Positions 50,920 through 63,152 of a stretch of 64,000 nt of DNA are shown here, piece after piece; within the stretch, counting starts at the first letter, position 1; each line of letters starts with the position of its first letter. The notes below the pieces were generated by a model that saw only the letters and a list, made by a program, of their open reading frames with translations, ran no database searches and was not told where the DNA came from. The translations under genes were made by a program, and so were the position numbers. The DNA comes from Torpedo marmorata (Eukaryota): assembly GCA_977017645.1 (NCBI GenBank), contig OZ360223.1:47554001-47618000 (forward strand), written 5' to 3'.

Positions 50920-52038
50920 TGTAAGAGCCGTAGGCTTAATTACTTACCTTGGTCGCAGCGCTTCGATGGTCCCGGCGGGTTACGGAGGAGTCGCGGTGTT
51001 TGTAGGCCGTGCTAGGCCTATTTAGTACTTGCGCATGCGCTAGAGTGCCGTAGGGCGCATGCACAGTTGGGAATTGACGGCAGTGTGTGTGGTGGAGTGT
51101 GCGCGCTGGAGTATGCGCGGTGGAATAGGCGCAATGAGCATGTGCGAATCGGGAAAAATAATAGAAAAAGATGGCAACGGAGGAGGGTGAGTGAGATCGC
51201 CATATCTTTTATTGACCGTTTCATTGATCGTTTCATTGATGGTTTAAAGTCATTTAATTGAACATCTAAATACAGTCAAAGGAATCGTTTAAAGGAATAT
51301 ATTAAACATCGTTATCAGGAACTGTTTATTTCGTTTAAAGAAGATATTTAAGTCATTCAAGATTGCTGCAAGTCACGTGTGTAAATAAAGTTTTTTGAAC
51401 ATTTCGGACTTTGTTAGTAAATTAATTGAAACGCGTCAAAGACAAGTATCTTACCCAGCCTCCAAGTGACTATTGTTGGATTGAAGTCACTATATAATTA
51501 GTCAATGAAAGTGGTTGTTTGGAGTAGAAAATTGAAGGAAAGAAGATAGAATAATCTCTCTGTGCTTTGGACTGATATTTAAAATAAAATGGTGGCCATC
51601 TTGGAGATGCCTCGAGTTGGGGGCAGTTTGTAATCCACATCCATCTGCCATGAGTAACAGCCAGAGAGGGATTTAAAGCTTCAAATCTTATAGTAAAGTG
51701 TACTATAAATACGTTGGAGAAATTATTTTTGGAAAATCAGCGATATTATTGACGGATGTTGTGGTTGAAACTCGTTTGTGAATAGCAGCACATTACAGTC
51801 ATCTGGAGTGGTAGGCATATAAGTCTGTGGACTCCTTCTGTGTATCTTTGGCAAGTAAGAACACAGATTGGAATTGCTGCCGCCGGTCCATTGGGGACTG
51901 TTAAATTGGCTAGTGTTGTGTATGCTTGCAGGACAGTGGAACAAGACAAGTAAACTGGCCGCAGCAGCCTCTGATGCAGCAGCCACTGATGTATCAGCAA
52001 CTGACGCAGCAACTGCTGATGTTGCTGTTAAGGACCAA

Positions 52039-52155
52039 CGTATTGAAGACATGAAGGTTGCGGATATTAAAAAAGAATTGAAGCGACTGAAAAAAGATGT
52101 AAGTGGAAATAAAAAGGTTCTCATCGCAAGATTGAAGCAGGCAAAGGAAGAAGAG
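52039..52155 (+). other. SAP DNA-binding domain in the BEL gag frame (SLTM/SAFB-like)
   Basis: RIEDMKVADIKKELKRLKKDVSGNKKVLIARLKQAKEEE fits the SAP pattern; probable ATG at 51922. Confidence 0.85.
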
Positions 52156-53209
52156 GCAGCTTCGTTAGATGAACAAGAAGATAATGTGGAAATGGCTGAA
52201 ATTGTGTCACCAAATGAAGAGGATGAAGAAAATGAAGAGGATGAAGAAAATGAAGAGGATGAAGATGCAAAGGATGTACATGTCGAATTGGAGAAAGAGG
52301 TAAGTATGAAGACAACATATGACGTGCAGGACGAAATACAAGCAAGTGACAGTGTCTCAAATGCTGAAAGCAGGAGAAGCAAACAAAGTTCTGGTTCGAG
52401 CTCCAGAGTTTCTCGTACTTCAAGTTCTGCATCGTCACGTACAATGATTGATGTTAAATTGGCCGCTCTTCTTGCACAACAAAAAATGTTTAAGGATAAA
52501 CATATTTTAGAATAACAGGAGGAGCAGCTAAGACAAAAGGAGGAGCAGCTAAAGGAGCAGATAAGACAAAAGGAGGAGCAGCTAAAGGAGCAGATAAGGC
52601 AAGAGAAGGAGCAGCTAAGGCAGAGAAAAGAACAGCAGGAGCTGGAAGCAAACATTACTATTGCCAACGCAAAAAAGAAAGCAATAGAAGGCTCAATGGT
52701 ATCTGGTGCTAGAAGTAAATTATCTAAAGTGTCTGATAATAAAAGGACATATTTAAAAAAAGAGTCACAGGAAAAGAAACCAACCAAAAGGGTTGATATT
52801 TTAGAACCAGAGTTACAAGACTTACAAATACAAGGACAAATCTTTCAAGAGCATATTGATTTCGAGTCACATGTACCAGTGGTAACATCCGAAGAAAAAG
52901 CTGTGGCTTGGGTTCGGTCGAACGATGCAGCTCCCTTGTTATTTGAGTCAAGCCCATCAGAAATATGGTAGAAAATATACCAGTGAGGTTTCCAGATACA
53001 TTACCTGTAACAAGAGTCAGTGAACAGAGCAATGTATTGTCATCAAAACGAAGACAAAATGAAATTGCTACATCATTGATTCAGTTACAGTCTCTCTCTT
53101 CTTTACCCAAGAAAGAGATACAAACTTTTGATGGTGATCCACTTCAGTATCAATCATTTATGAGATCTTTCAAATGCAATATTGAAAATAAATGCCAAGA
53201 TCGTGGGGG

Positions 53210-54074
53210 CTCATTCCATCTAAATGGCGGCGCTGCCGGAGCCGCTGTAGCGGCAGCGCTGCTGCTGGTGCGGACCCGCGAGGAGCATGGGAGTGGAGAT
53301 ACAGCGCTCCAGCGGGGTCCAGCCGCCCAGTTGACTGCCGTCGGTTCCACACGGGCTTTGAACGGCCCGTTAAAGGAGCCGACGGTGGTTTTATTTGAGA
53401 TCCCGCGACCGCGGGGTCTGCGCCCAAGATGGCAGCGCCTTTTAATCGGCAGCAGCCACGAGGGGCTGCAGACTCTGGGGAAGCGGGGGACTGGAGCAGG
53501 GCACCAGAGGACGGGAAGATCACCCCCCGTCTGTTAAGGAGAAGCGGAGGAGACGACCCACAGGACGGTCACCACAGCGGCGGACCGGTGAGGGGCTCTG
53601 AGGTTGAAGGACCAGTGCATTCGGCGGGCTGCTGGCGACTCGAGGCGAGGAACCCGCGGAGGCTGTGGGCTGCTGGAGACTGCTCTCGGGGGACTCACGC
53701 CGGGCTGCGGACTGCTGGAGGCTGGCTCGAATTGGCTGGAGGAGTACCAGGTGACGGAACAGGGATGCGAGGGGGTGCCGAGGGCGACCTGACTGTGTTG
53801 GAGGTTCGGATCTGGAGCTCGGGATGCCGATCATTTGGACTGGACTCTGTGTGGCTGCAGAAGCGTTGGAGGTGTATCTACGGACACTCGGTGACTCTGG
53901 GGGGACTCTCTTTTGCTTCTCTTTCTCTGACTGTAAGGAATGTTAGAGGCGCTTAGGCAATTTCTGCCGGTGGCGAATCTGTCTGCCTTGCAGCAGGCAA
54001 AAATAAATTTCATGGAATATGACACTGTCTTATTACTATGACAATAAATTGAAACTTGAATTCTGAATCTTGAA
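53210..54074 (+). mobile_element. GC-rich non-autonomous retroelement, copy 3
   Basis: Same family as 18526; splits BEL gag between CQDRG and ECLYYLE. Confidence 0.9.
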
Positions 54075-54159
54075 TGTCTTTATTATTTGGAAATGTTCAC
54101 AAAAGGACATCCAAAAGAACATGTGAAGAGTTGTCAACATATGTCTTCAGAAAGAGGAT

Positions 54160-55103
54160 TAGAAATTAGGAAGCTTTAGACCACCCATTTCGTAGTTCCA
54201 GGTTAATTTCTCCAATCCTACTCTTGCCAACTTTCCTTTCCACAAAAATGTCCTAATAATTAAATTTAAATCCTTAAAAAACTTCTGAGGGATTTCATAA
54301 GGAATTGATTGAAAAAGATACTGAATTCTCGGAAAAACGTTCATTTTAATACAATTTACCCTTCCCATTAAAGTTATAGGCAAATCCTTCCATCTCTCCA
54401 AATCCTTTTTTATATTCACAAATAGTGGTAAATAATTTAATTTATACAAATTGGATAATTTTGTATCAATCTTTATTCCCAAATATTTAATTCCTCCCTT
54501 TGCCCATTTAAATTGTGTAATTTCTTTACAATCGCTATAGTCCCCTTGTGTTAAAGGCATAATTTCACTTTTTTCCGAGTTAATCTTGTAACCAGATATT
54601 CCCCCAAATTCTTTAAATAAAACCGACAATTGTGTTAGAGAATTAATAGGTTTTGTCATATATATCAATACGTCATCTGCAAACAAACTAATTTTGTGTT
54701 CTTCCTTACCAACTTTAATACCTGCAATCTTACTATCTTGTCTAATTAATTCGGCTAAAGGTTCTATTGCTAAAATAAACAATGCTGGCGATAAAGGACA
54801 ATCTTGTCTAGTAGACCTGGTTAAGGAAAATTTTGAAGATATTTGACCATTTGTGACCACTCTAGCAGACGGTTCTTTATATATAGTTTTAATCCAATTA
54901 ATGAATGTATTTCTAAAACCAAATTTTTCCAGTACCTTAAATAAATAATTCCACTCTAATCTATCAAAAGCCTTTTCGGCATCTAATGTTAATACTAATG
55001 ACAGTTCTTCTCTTTTTTGTGTTTAATCCGACATTATCTGGTTTATGTTTTAGATGTAATAAAGAGGAAGGTTCTTTTGTACATTCTACATGGTTTTGTC
55101 CAA
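54160..55103 (-). mobile_element. Internal L1 ORF2 fragment (minus, to ~55018) joined to a short plus-strand L1 piece, within BEL gag
   Basis: TRQDCPLSP, LFADD, GGLKLPNF on the minus strand; 55021-55103 matches 45141-45224. Confidence 0.88.
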
Positions 55104-56644
55104 AGAGCTACCTTAAAGGATTTGGTAAATTTTCTTGAACGACAGGTGTACATTGAAACAGATCCAATATATGGAAATACCAGAGATAATTCAATGGGCA
55201 AACATGTAAGGAGATCTAACACACAGCCTAGTCCGAAATTGAAAAGGAGTACTTTTGCTACTAATGTGTCCGTTGTAAATAAAGAAAAGGACAAAGTAAA
55301 TAAGGAAAAGGAAAGTTTGCCTGATGAAAATAGTTGTTTGTTCTGTAAAGGTGGACATGCTTTGGAAATGTGTTTACGATTTGAAAAGAAGGAACATAAT
55401 GAGAAGATCGCTTTCTTAAAGGAAAATGGAATATATTTTAGATGTCTGTGTAAAGGGCACATCAGTAAAAACTGCGAGAAGCGAATTAATTGTAACATAT
55501 GTAAGTTGAAACATCCTAGAATTTGCATATCCATCAAAGAAACAAGGAATTGGAAAAGGAACAAACAGAAACAAAGGAAACATCGGAAAATAACGTTATA
55601 ACCTCGGTTCAGACAAGTGGTCTTACCGGGGCCGGTATAGATAACTGCAAACTTTCAATAGTGCCTGTACGTCAAGACCAAGAAAGGGGATGCAACAGTA
55701 CATACATATGCATTTCTAGACCCAGGCAACACTGCATCTTTTTGCATGGAAGGACTAATGAACAAACTTAATATTCAAGGAAAAAGGTCAAGAATTATGT
55801 TGAAACCCATGGGAAAGAAAAGGTCATTGAAACCAGCATTGTTTCAGGCTTAGAGGTTGCTGGATTGGATGACAAAAAATGTTGTGATCTTCCAAGTTTA
55901 TACACTCAGAAGACTATGCCTGTGCATGAAGGAAATATTCCTCATCAAAATGATATCCATCATTTAGCTTATCTGTGGAAGGTTTATTTACCTGAAATTA
56001 ACTCTGAGATAGAAATGTTGATTGGTTCAGATGTGCCAAAGGTTTTGGAACCACTAGAAGTAATACAGAGTAGAAGGAATGGACCTTATGCTATTAGAAC
56101 CAAGCTTGGTTGGACAATCAATGGACCATTATAAAGAAATAATGATATTGCTCAGGAACAGTTAGCGATAAATATTAACAGGATTTCGGTTGTGAAAGTT
56201 GATGAGTTAAGGGAAGAGCAAAAGACTGTGAATAAGAAAATCACTTTTGAAGAAAAGAAAATAGATAAACATGAAAATAAACCAAAGGTATTTAAAACAA
56301 CATTGAAGGAATTATGTTCATAAGAAATGGATGAAATTGAAGTATTAGAAGATGTTGCAAATAATACTATTGATTATTCCTGTGTAATTGAATCAGATAC
56401 AGGAATAAAACAAGTGACTATAAACAAATCTGAATGTAGATTTTGTAGTACAGAGATTACAGCAGACCAAGTCAATGAAGAAATATTGCAATGTGATGTG
56501 AAAATGGAGAACGCAGAAAATTGTGCTGATGGAATAAAGAATAATGTGAATGATAATTTAATGCAATTGAATTCAGAGAACAAAATGTTGAAAGGGGAAT
56601 TGGAAATAGTAGATAATCATGAAAACAGTAAACAGAAAGATTTA

Positions 56645-56910
56645 ATTGTAAGTAAAATTCACAAAGTCAGAAAGCAGAAGAAAAGAATAACTGCTGAAGA
56701 AATGAATACAGTTATTGAGGAAAGAGATTCAGCATTATCAAAATGTAAAAGGTTGGAGGAAGAGATTAATATTTTGAAAGAGAACAAGTTATTGGTTAAT
56801 AACACAAAACAGTTGACTATAAAAAAACAATCAAGAATGTAAATTGAATGTTCAGCTATTAACAATGCAGAAAGAAAGTGATATTGTATTGCAGAAATGT
56901 AACAAGCAAG
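56645..56910 (+). pseudogene. MIPOL1: MIPOL1-like gene fragment inside the BEL element
   Basis: IVSKIHKVRKQKKRITAEEMNTVIEERDSALSKCKRLEEEI..NNTKQLT, then after a frameshift in the A-run at ~56821 NNQECKLNVQLLTMQKE. Matches recalled vertebrate MIPOL1 RITAEEMSALIEERDAALSKCKRLEQE..NNMRHLTAENNQERALKAKLLSMQ. Confidence 0.8.
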
Positions 56911-58103
56911 ATTAATTTCGCGGAAGGAACTGAGACTGAATTGAAAGTTGCAAAATTGGATTTGGAATTGCAGGAAAAGGCAATAGAAACCAAAGTGGTT
57001 AAAGAGACTCGTTTATTAAAATCGAGAGGATCAGATAAATATTCAAATTCTAATTCTAAGAGTTTAAATTCTTCACATGAGAAGTGGAATGCTGAAGAAA
57101 GGAATAAAGTGAAACGACATGCTAAAGAAGTGCCTCGTGTTAAATTCAAAAGAAATACTGTATCTATTTTGTCTGAGGGAGATTTGAGGTTTACTGGTCG
57201 ACGTTTTAACTCAAAGATTCTGGAGATAAAAGAACTTTGAAGAGACATTGTAATTATTATGGATGATTCAGCTCCTCTAAACTCCTGGTTACTTGGAAAA
57301 ATTATTGAGACTATTCAGGATAAAAGGGGACTTGTGCATCAAGTTCGAATTAAAACTAAGACTGGCTTTCTAAATAGACCTATTAACAAGGTCTGCCTTC
57401 TGTTGGAGACGGAGGAACTTTGATAAATACAAACTGACTTTATTTGTTGTTGTATACTTCACAGGTACAGACTTTTGTTGATTCAGAGTTATGGTAAACT
57501 CTGGTCTTATGAAGAAAGAAGAAAGAAGATTTGTATATTGTTTGAATGTTATATGGTTATTGTTATTCATAATTGATTGTGTAATTATTATTTAAGACAT
57601 TGTGTCTAATTATAATAATTAGGGGCTGGTGTAAGAGCCGTAGGCTTAATTACTTACCTTGGTCGCGGCGCTCCGATGGTCTCGGCAGGTTACGGAGGAG
57701 TCACGGTGTTTGTAGGCCGTGCTAGGCCTATTTAGTACTCTGCGCATGAGCTAGAGTGCCGACGGGTGCATGTGCAGTTGGGAATTGCCTTCAGTGTGTG
57801 CGGTGGAGTGTGCGTGGTGTAGTATGCGCGGTGGAGTATGTGCGGTGGAATAGGCGCAATGAGCATGCGCGAATCGGGAAAAAGAATAGAAAAAGATGGC
57901 GACGGAGGAGGGTGAGTGAGATCGCCATATCTTTAATTGACCGTTTCATTGATCGTTTCATTGATGGTTTAAAGTCATTTAATTGAACATCTAAATACAG
58001 TCAAAGGAATCGTTTAAAGGGATATATTAAACATCATTATCAAGAACTGTTTATTTCATTTAAAGAAGATATTTAAGTCATTGAAGATTGCTGCAAGTCA
58101 CGT

Positions 58104-58487
58104 ACTGTCCAAATTCTTCTTAAATGTTAAAATTGAGCCTGCATTCACCACTTCAGCTGGCAGCTCGTTCCACACTCCCACCACTCTCTGTGTGAAGAAG
58201 TTCCCCCTCATGTTCCCTCTAAAGTTTTCCCCTTTCACCCTTAACCCACGTCCTCTGGTTTGTATCTCACCTACCCTCAGTGGAAAAAGCCTACCTACAT
58301 TTACTCTGCCTATCCCTCATAATTTTAAATACCTCTATCAAATCTCCCCTCATTCTTCTATGCTCCAGGGAATAAAGTCCTAACTTGTTTAACCTTTCCC
58401 TGTAACTCAGTTCCTGAAGTCCGGGTAACATCCGAGTAAATCTTCCCTGTACTCTTTCTATCTTATTGATATCTTTCCTGTAGTTAG
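58104..58487 (-). mobile_element. CR1 3' fragment
   Basis: Reverse complement of NFFTQRVVGVWNELPAEVVNAG and KDINKIERVQGRFTRML coding sequence. Confidence 0.9.
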
Positions 58488-58515
58488 TGTGGTGATTGGA
58501 AGTTGGTGATCCTCC

Positions 58516-58533
58516 TGACCACTAGAGGGCGTC
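58516..58533 (+). promoter_or_regulatory. CTCF-like motif in the Gypsy LTR
   Basis: tgaCCACTAGAGGGCGtc matches the CTCF core CCASYAGRKGGCR. Confidence 0.6.
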
Positions 58534-60795
58534 GGAGATGGAAGGTCCCACCTCGGGTTAGATGCCCCAAATGGATGTGTCCCACGAGGTCGTGAGTTGA
58601 TAATAAAATATAATTAATACAAAAGAACCCAAGTTTCTTTATCACAATAGAAGAAACATCACATGGTATCAGGAGTCGGTATCAGCAGGAGACCTGGAGA
58701 GTGTGAAGCCGCCTGATGCTGTGAATTGGACTGGGAATGTCGACCACAAGTGGCAGTTGTTCAAACAACAATTCATGCTGTATCTGTAAGCCATTGGACT
58801 CGATAGCAAACCGGATGCACGGAAGATTGCACTGCTACTTACCGTGGCGGGACCTCAAGCACTAGAGGTTTTCAACATGTTTGTTTTTGCCGAGGCAGAT
58901 GACCAGGGCAAGTTTGACAAGGTTATCGAGATGTTTGATGGAAACTGCTCACCAAAGAAAAATGAATCATTTGAGAGGTACGTGTTTCGCTTGTGCATGC
59001 AACTGCAGACAGAAAGCTTTGATACTTTTTTTAATGGACTTGGAATTGAAAGCAAGAACATGCAATTTTGGATTGCTGCAAGATTCAATGATCCATGATC
59101 AAATTGTGTTCGGGATTATTGACAAGAAAGTGAGAGACAGGTTGCTATGAGAGACGGAGCTTACATTAGGTGGAGCTGTGAAGATATGCCACGCCAGTGA
59201 ATTAGCTCCGCAGCACACAAAAAAGTTCGGTGAGAGTGCAAGGGCAGGTGAAAACAAAGACACAGACGTAGCCACAGTGTCTGGACACACACATAAACAG
59301 AGAACGAGACATAGGAAACAACAACAAAAAGATGGAGAGACATTCAATTGTAAATGATATGGCATCCAACATGTACCAAAACAATGCCCAGCCTATGGAA
59401 AAGCCTGTAACAAGTGCAAAGGGCAGAATCACTATGCAAAGCAATGTTTTTCCAAAGGGAAACAAAACAGAAGTGAAAGTGTGCACACTATAGAAGAAAC
59501 TGCCCTCAGTGATACATTCTCCGTGGGCATGGTTAGTACAGGAAGGTTTCAAACCAACAGACACTGAACAGCCAAGCATAAACAGAGTTGAGCAGGACAA
59601 GTGGACATGGAGTGGACATTGTAAGCAAATGGAGCGGATATTCCCTTCAAGCTGGACATAGGGGCAAAGGCCAATTTGATCTGTGAGGGCGATGTCAGGG
59701 CAATGAAGATAAAGCCATACATCCATCCAAATTCTGCTCAGCTCAAGGCCTACAATGGACACCGCATTGACACGTAAGGCACATGTAGACTCAAGGTGAA
59801 AGTTAAAGGTAAAGAGCACCACCTCATGTTTGCAGTAGTCCCAGATGGACATGACTCACTGCTTGGTGACAAAGCATGTGAAAACATAGTCCTAGTCAAG
59901 AGGGTGTACTGCATTAACAGCACTAATGCACAGAACAGTGTAGAGGAAATACTGGATCAATTTCCAGACATCTTCAAGAGGTTTGGTTTTCTACCATTCA
60001 CCTATAAGATACAGTTAAAGGAGGACGCACAACCAGTAGTGCATGCCCCAAGGCGGGTTCCAGCACCACTAAAAGACAAGCTGAAGGAGGAACTCAACTG
60101 AATGACGTCACTAGGGGTCATAATGAAAGTGGAGGAGCCCACAGAATGGGTGGATTCAATGGTTTGTGTCAAAAAGAAGAACGGTGACCTACGCGTGTGC
60201 ATGGACCCAAAAGACTTGAATGTCAATATAAAGAGGGAACATTATCAGATTCCGACCAGGGATGACATTACAAGTGAGATGGCCGGTGTAAAGTTTTTCA
60301 CCAAATTGGATGCATCCCAGGGCTTCTGGCAATTAAAACTGCATGAAGATAGCACAAAATACTACACATTCAATACACCGTTTGGCCGATACTCCTGTTT
60401 AAGGATGCCTTTTGGAATTTCCTCAGCTCCTGAATTGTTCCACAGGACAATGGAGCACATCATAGAAGGCATAAATGGGGTACGTGTGTACATGGATGAC
60501 GTGATCCTATAGGGATCCACACAGGAACAACACAACGAAAGGCTCATCAAAGTGCCACAACGCATCCAGAAGTATGGATTAAAGCTAAACAGAGCAAAAT
60601 GTCAGTTTGGTGTGAAGGAAATCACCTTTCTGGGAGATAAGCTGTCGGAGGCAGGTGTGCAGCCAGACAAGAGCAAGGTGAAAGCAATTTTAGAGATGCC
60701 AAGACCCACAGACAAAAAGGGCATATTGAGAGTGCTGGGAATGATCAATTTCATTGGTAAGTTCATACCAAACCTGTCTTCCAAAACAATGTACC

Positions 60796-63152
60796 ACCGG
60801 AACTCCTAACGCCACAGCCAAGCCTACCCTAGCCTGGGTCCTGGCCGCCAACTCACCAGAGCTCCAAACGCCACGGCCGCCCACTCCTACCCGCGCCCCG
60901 GATGCCAACATGACGGTACTCCCGATGCCATGGCCGTCCACTTCAACCTGAGCCCCGAGCCCCTACACACCAGAGCTCCTGACGCCTCCACTGCCGACTC
61001 CTGACGCACACTGCTACCTGCAGGAGAAGACGCTGGAGCCTCCCTCGCTGACTGCCACTAGAGTCCTTATCTCGCTACTGGATCCCACTCACTTATCTCC
61101 CTCACTACTCCTTCCCTATCCTCCTACACCTCTCCCTACTCCACCCCCATCTCCCCTTCTCTGCAACCCTCTTCTCCCCAACCCTCAGACCTCACCCCCC
61201 CTCTCTCTCTGGCTACACCCCCTACCCTCCTCTCCCCCTCTCCTACCTCTCCCACCCCCCACCTCCCCCCTCCAACCTCCCCCACCTCCCCACCCCCCAC
61301 CTTTCCCCCCCTCTGACCTCCTCAACCACCCTCCCCCCGCCAACACTCCCAACCCCCCTCCTCCACTCTCCAACCTCCCCCACCTTCCATCTCCACCCTC
61401 GGACCTCCCCAATCCTCCCCCTCCCCCCAACACCCTCCACAACACCGATCCCCACTCTAACCCCTGCTTGGTTTTTACTATCCCCTCTGACCTACCCCTC
61501 TCTGAGACGGAGCGCTCGGTCCTCAGGAGAGGCTTCACCTTCGTCCCCCTCCACCAACACCTCAACAAGTTCCACGCACGCCGCGATGCCGAACACTTCT
61601 TCCGTCGCCTCTGCCTCTGGGCTCACTTCCATGACCATAACTCTCCACCCCCCACCCAAGACCCTTTCTCCCGCTTCAAGCCTTCTTCCTCTCCCTGGAT
61701 ACCTCGTCCTGGCCAGCTGCCCGCTCTGGACCTTTTTATTTCCAACTGCCGCCGAGACATCAACCATCTCAACTTCACCACCCCCCTCTCGTATTCCAAC
61801 CTCACCTCCTCAGAACGCTCTGCCCTCCACTCTCTCCGCAACAATCCCAACCTCACCATCAAACCCGCAGACAAGGGCGGTGCAGTTGTGGTCTGGCGCA
61901 CTGACGTCTACCTTGCCGAGGCCAGTCGACAGCTCTCAGACACCTCCTCCTATCGACCCCTCTCACAGGACCCCACCACTACACATCAAGCCACTGTCTC
62001 CAACACCATCTCCAACCTCACACCCTGTCCCCTGCAAGGATTCCATCCCCTTCCCTCAATTTCTCCGTCTCCGCCGCATCTGTTCCCAAGATGAGGTCTA
62101 CCAGTCTGAAATGTCTGCCTTCTAACACAAACGTGGCTTCCCCTCCACCACCATCAACTCGGCCCTCACCCGCCTCTCCTCCATTTCCCACTCATCTGCT
62201 CTGGCCCCCTCTGCCCCCAGACGCAACAAACATAGAATCCCCCTCATCCTCACCTACCACCCCACCAGCCTCCACATCCAACACATTATCCGCCGGAATT
62301 TCCGGCACCTACTACAGGATCCCACCACCAGACACATTTTTCCTTCTCCTCCCCTCTCGGCCTTCTGCAGGGACCACTCCCACCGCGGTTCCCTCGTGCA
62401 TTCATCCCTCCCCACCCATCGCACCCCCGGCACCTGCCCCTGTGCCCGTAGAAGGTGCAACACTTGCGCCTACACCTCCTCCCTCACCATGGTCCGGGGC
62501 CCCAAACAGGCCTTCCAAGTGAAGCAAAACTTCACTTGTACATCCAGACAACTTATTTACTGCATCCAGTGCTCCCTTTGTGGCATTCTACCGGTCGTAG
62601 ATTGGGAGATCGCTTTGCTGAGCACCTCCTCTCTGTCCGCAACAACAGCGACCTCCCAGTAGCCAACCATTTCAATTCCAAGTCACACTCCCACAGTCAC
62701 ATGTCTGTCCATGGCCTTATGTACTATCCCACCCAGACCACCAGCAAATTGGAGGAACAACACCTTATTTTCCGTCTCGGCACTCTCCAGCCAGATGGCA
62801 TTAACATTGACTTTTCTGCTTTCCACTAAACCTGCTCACCTTTTCCTTCCCCTCCCCCTTCCCTGTCCTTCCAGTTTTTCCACCCACCCAGCCATCCCTC
62901 CTCCCCCTCATTGCTGCTGTCCCCTCCCTCCTTTCTCCACCTATCATCTCCTGCCTTTGCCACCCCCCTTCCACCCCTCACTCTTTTGTTCGGACGCCTG
63001 CCGGCATTTTCTCATACTTTGATGAAGGGCTCAAGCCCGAAATGTCGGTTATGTATTTCTACCTTTGCCACTGTTTGACCTGCTGAGCTTCTCCAGCATT
63101 TATGTTTTTACTTCAAACCACGGTGTCTACAGATTTACGTGATTTACTTTTT
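60796..63152 (+). mobile_element. Penelope-like element with the RT core deleted
   Basis: N-domain LS..ERSVLRRGFTFVP, IKPADKGGAVVVW; jumps at ~62018 to thumb HPVPCKDSIPFPQFLRLRRICS; GIY-YIG-type FTCTS..LIYCIQC..C, RFAEH, PVANHF, LGTLQPDGIN; 8-bp TSD aatgtacc (60788-60795/63153-63160). Confidence 0.93.
63013..63053 (+). ncRNA. Minimal type I hammerhead motif in the Penelope 3' terminus
   Basis: uUGAUGA-a-gggc-ucaa-gccc-GAAA-uguc (cguc in the 16.7 kb copy), with stem I cata/tatg; the usual position for Penelope hammerheads. Confidence 0.75.

Larger units (their letters stand above)
50920..58103 (+). mobile_element. Non-autonomous BEL/Pao LTR retrotransposon carrying host-like sequence
   Basis: 5' LTR 50920-~51455 (tgtaaga...tcttacc); PPT aattaggggctgg; 3' LTR 57630-58103 (truncated). 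Gag motifs (LPKKEIQTFDGDPLQY; three Zn knuckles), protease YAFLDPG, MLIGSD..TKLGW and C-terminal GDIVII..WLLGKI..RPINKVCLL are present; no RT/RH/IN core. Confidence 0.93.

Noticed and set aside
51723-52787. 354-aa minus-strand ORF
   Set aside because: Antisense shadow of the low-complexity gag frame.
61185-61568. Gly-rich minus-strand ORFs
   Set aside because: Translation of the C-rich low-complexity Penelope leader.
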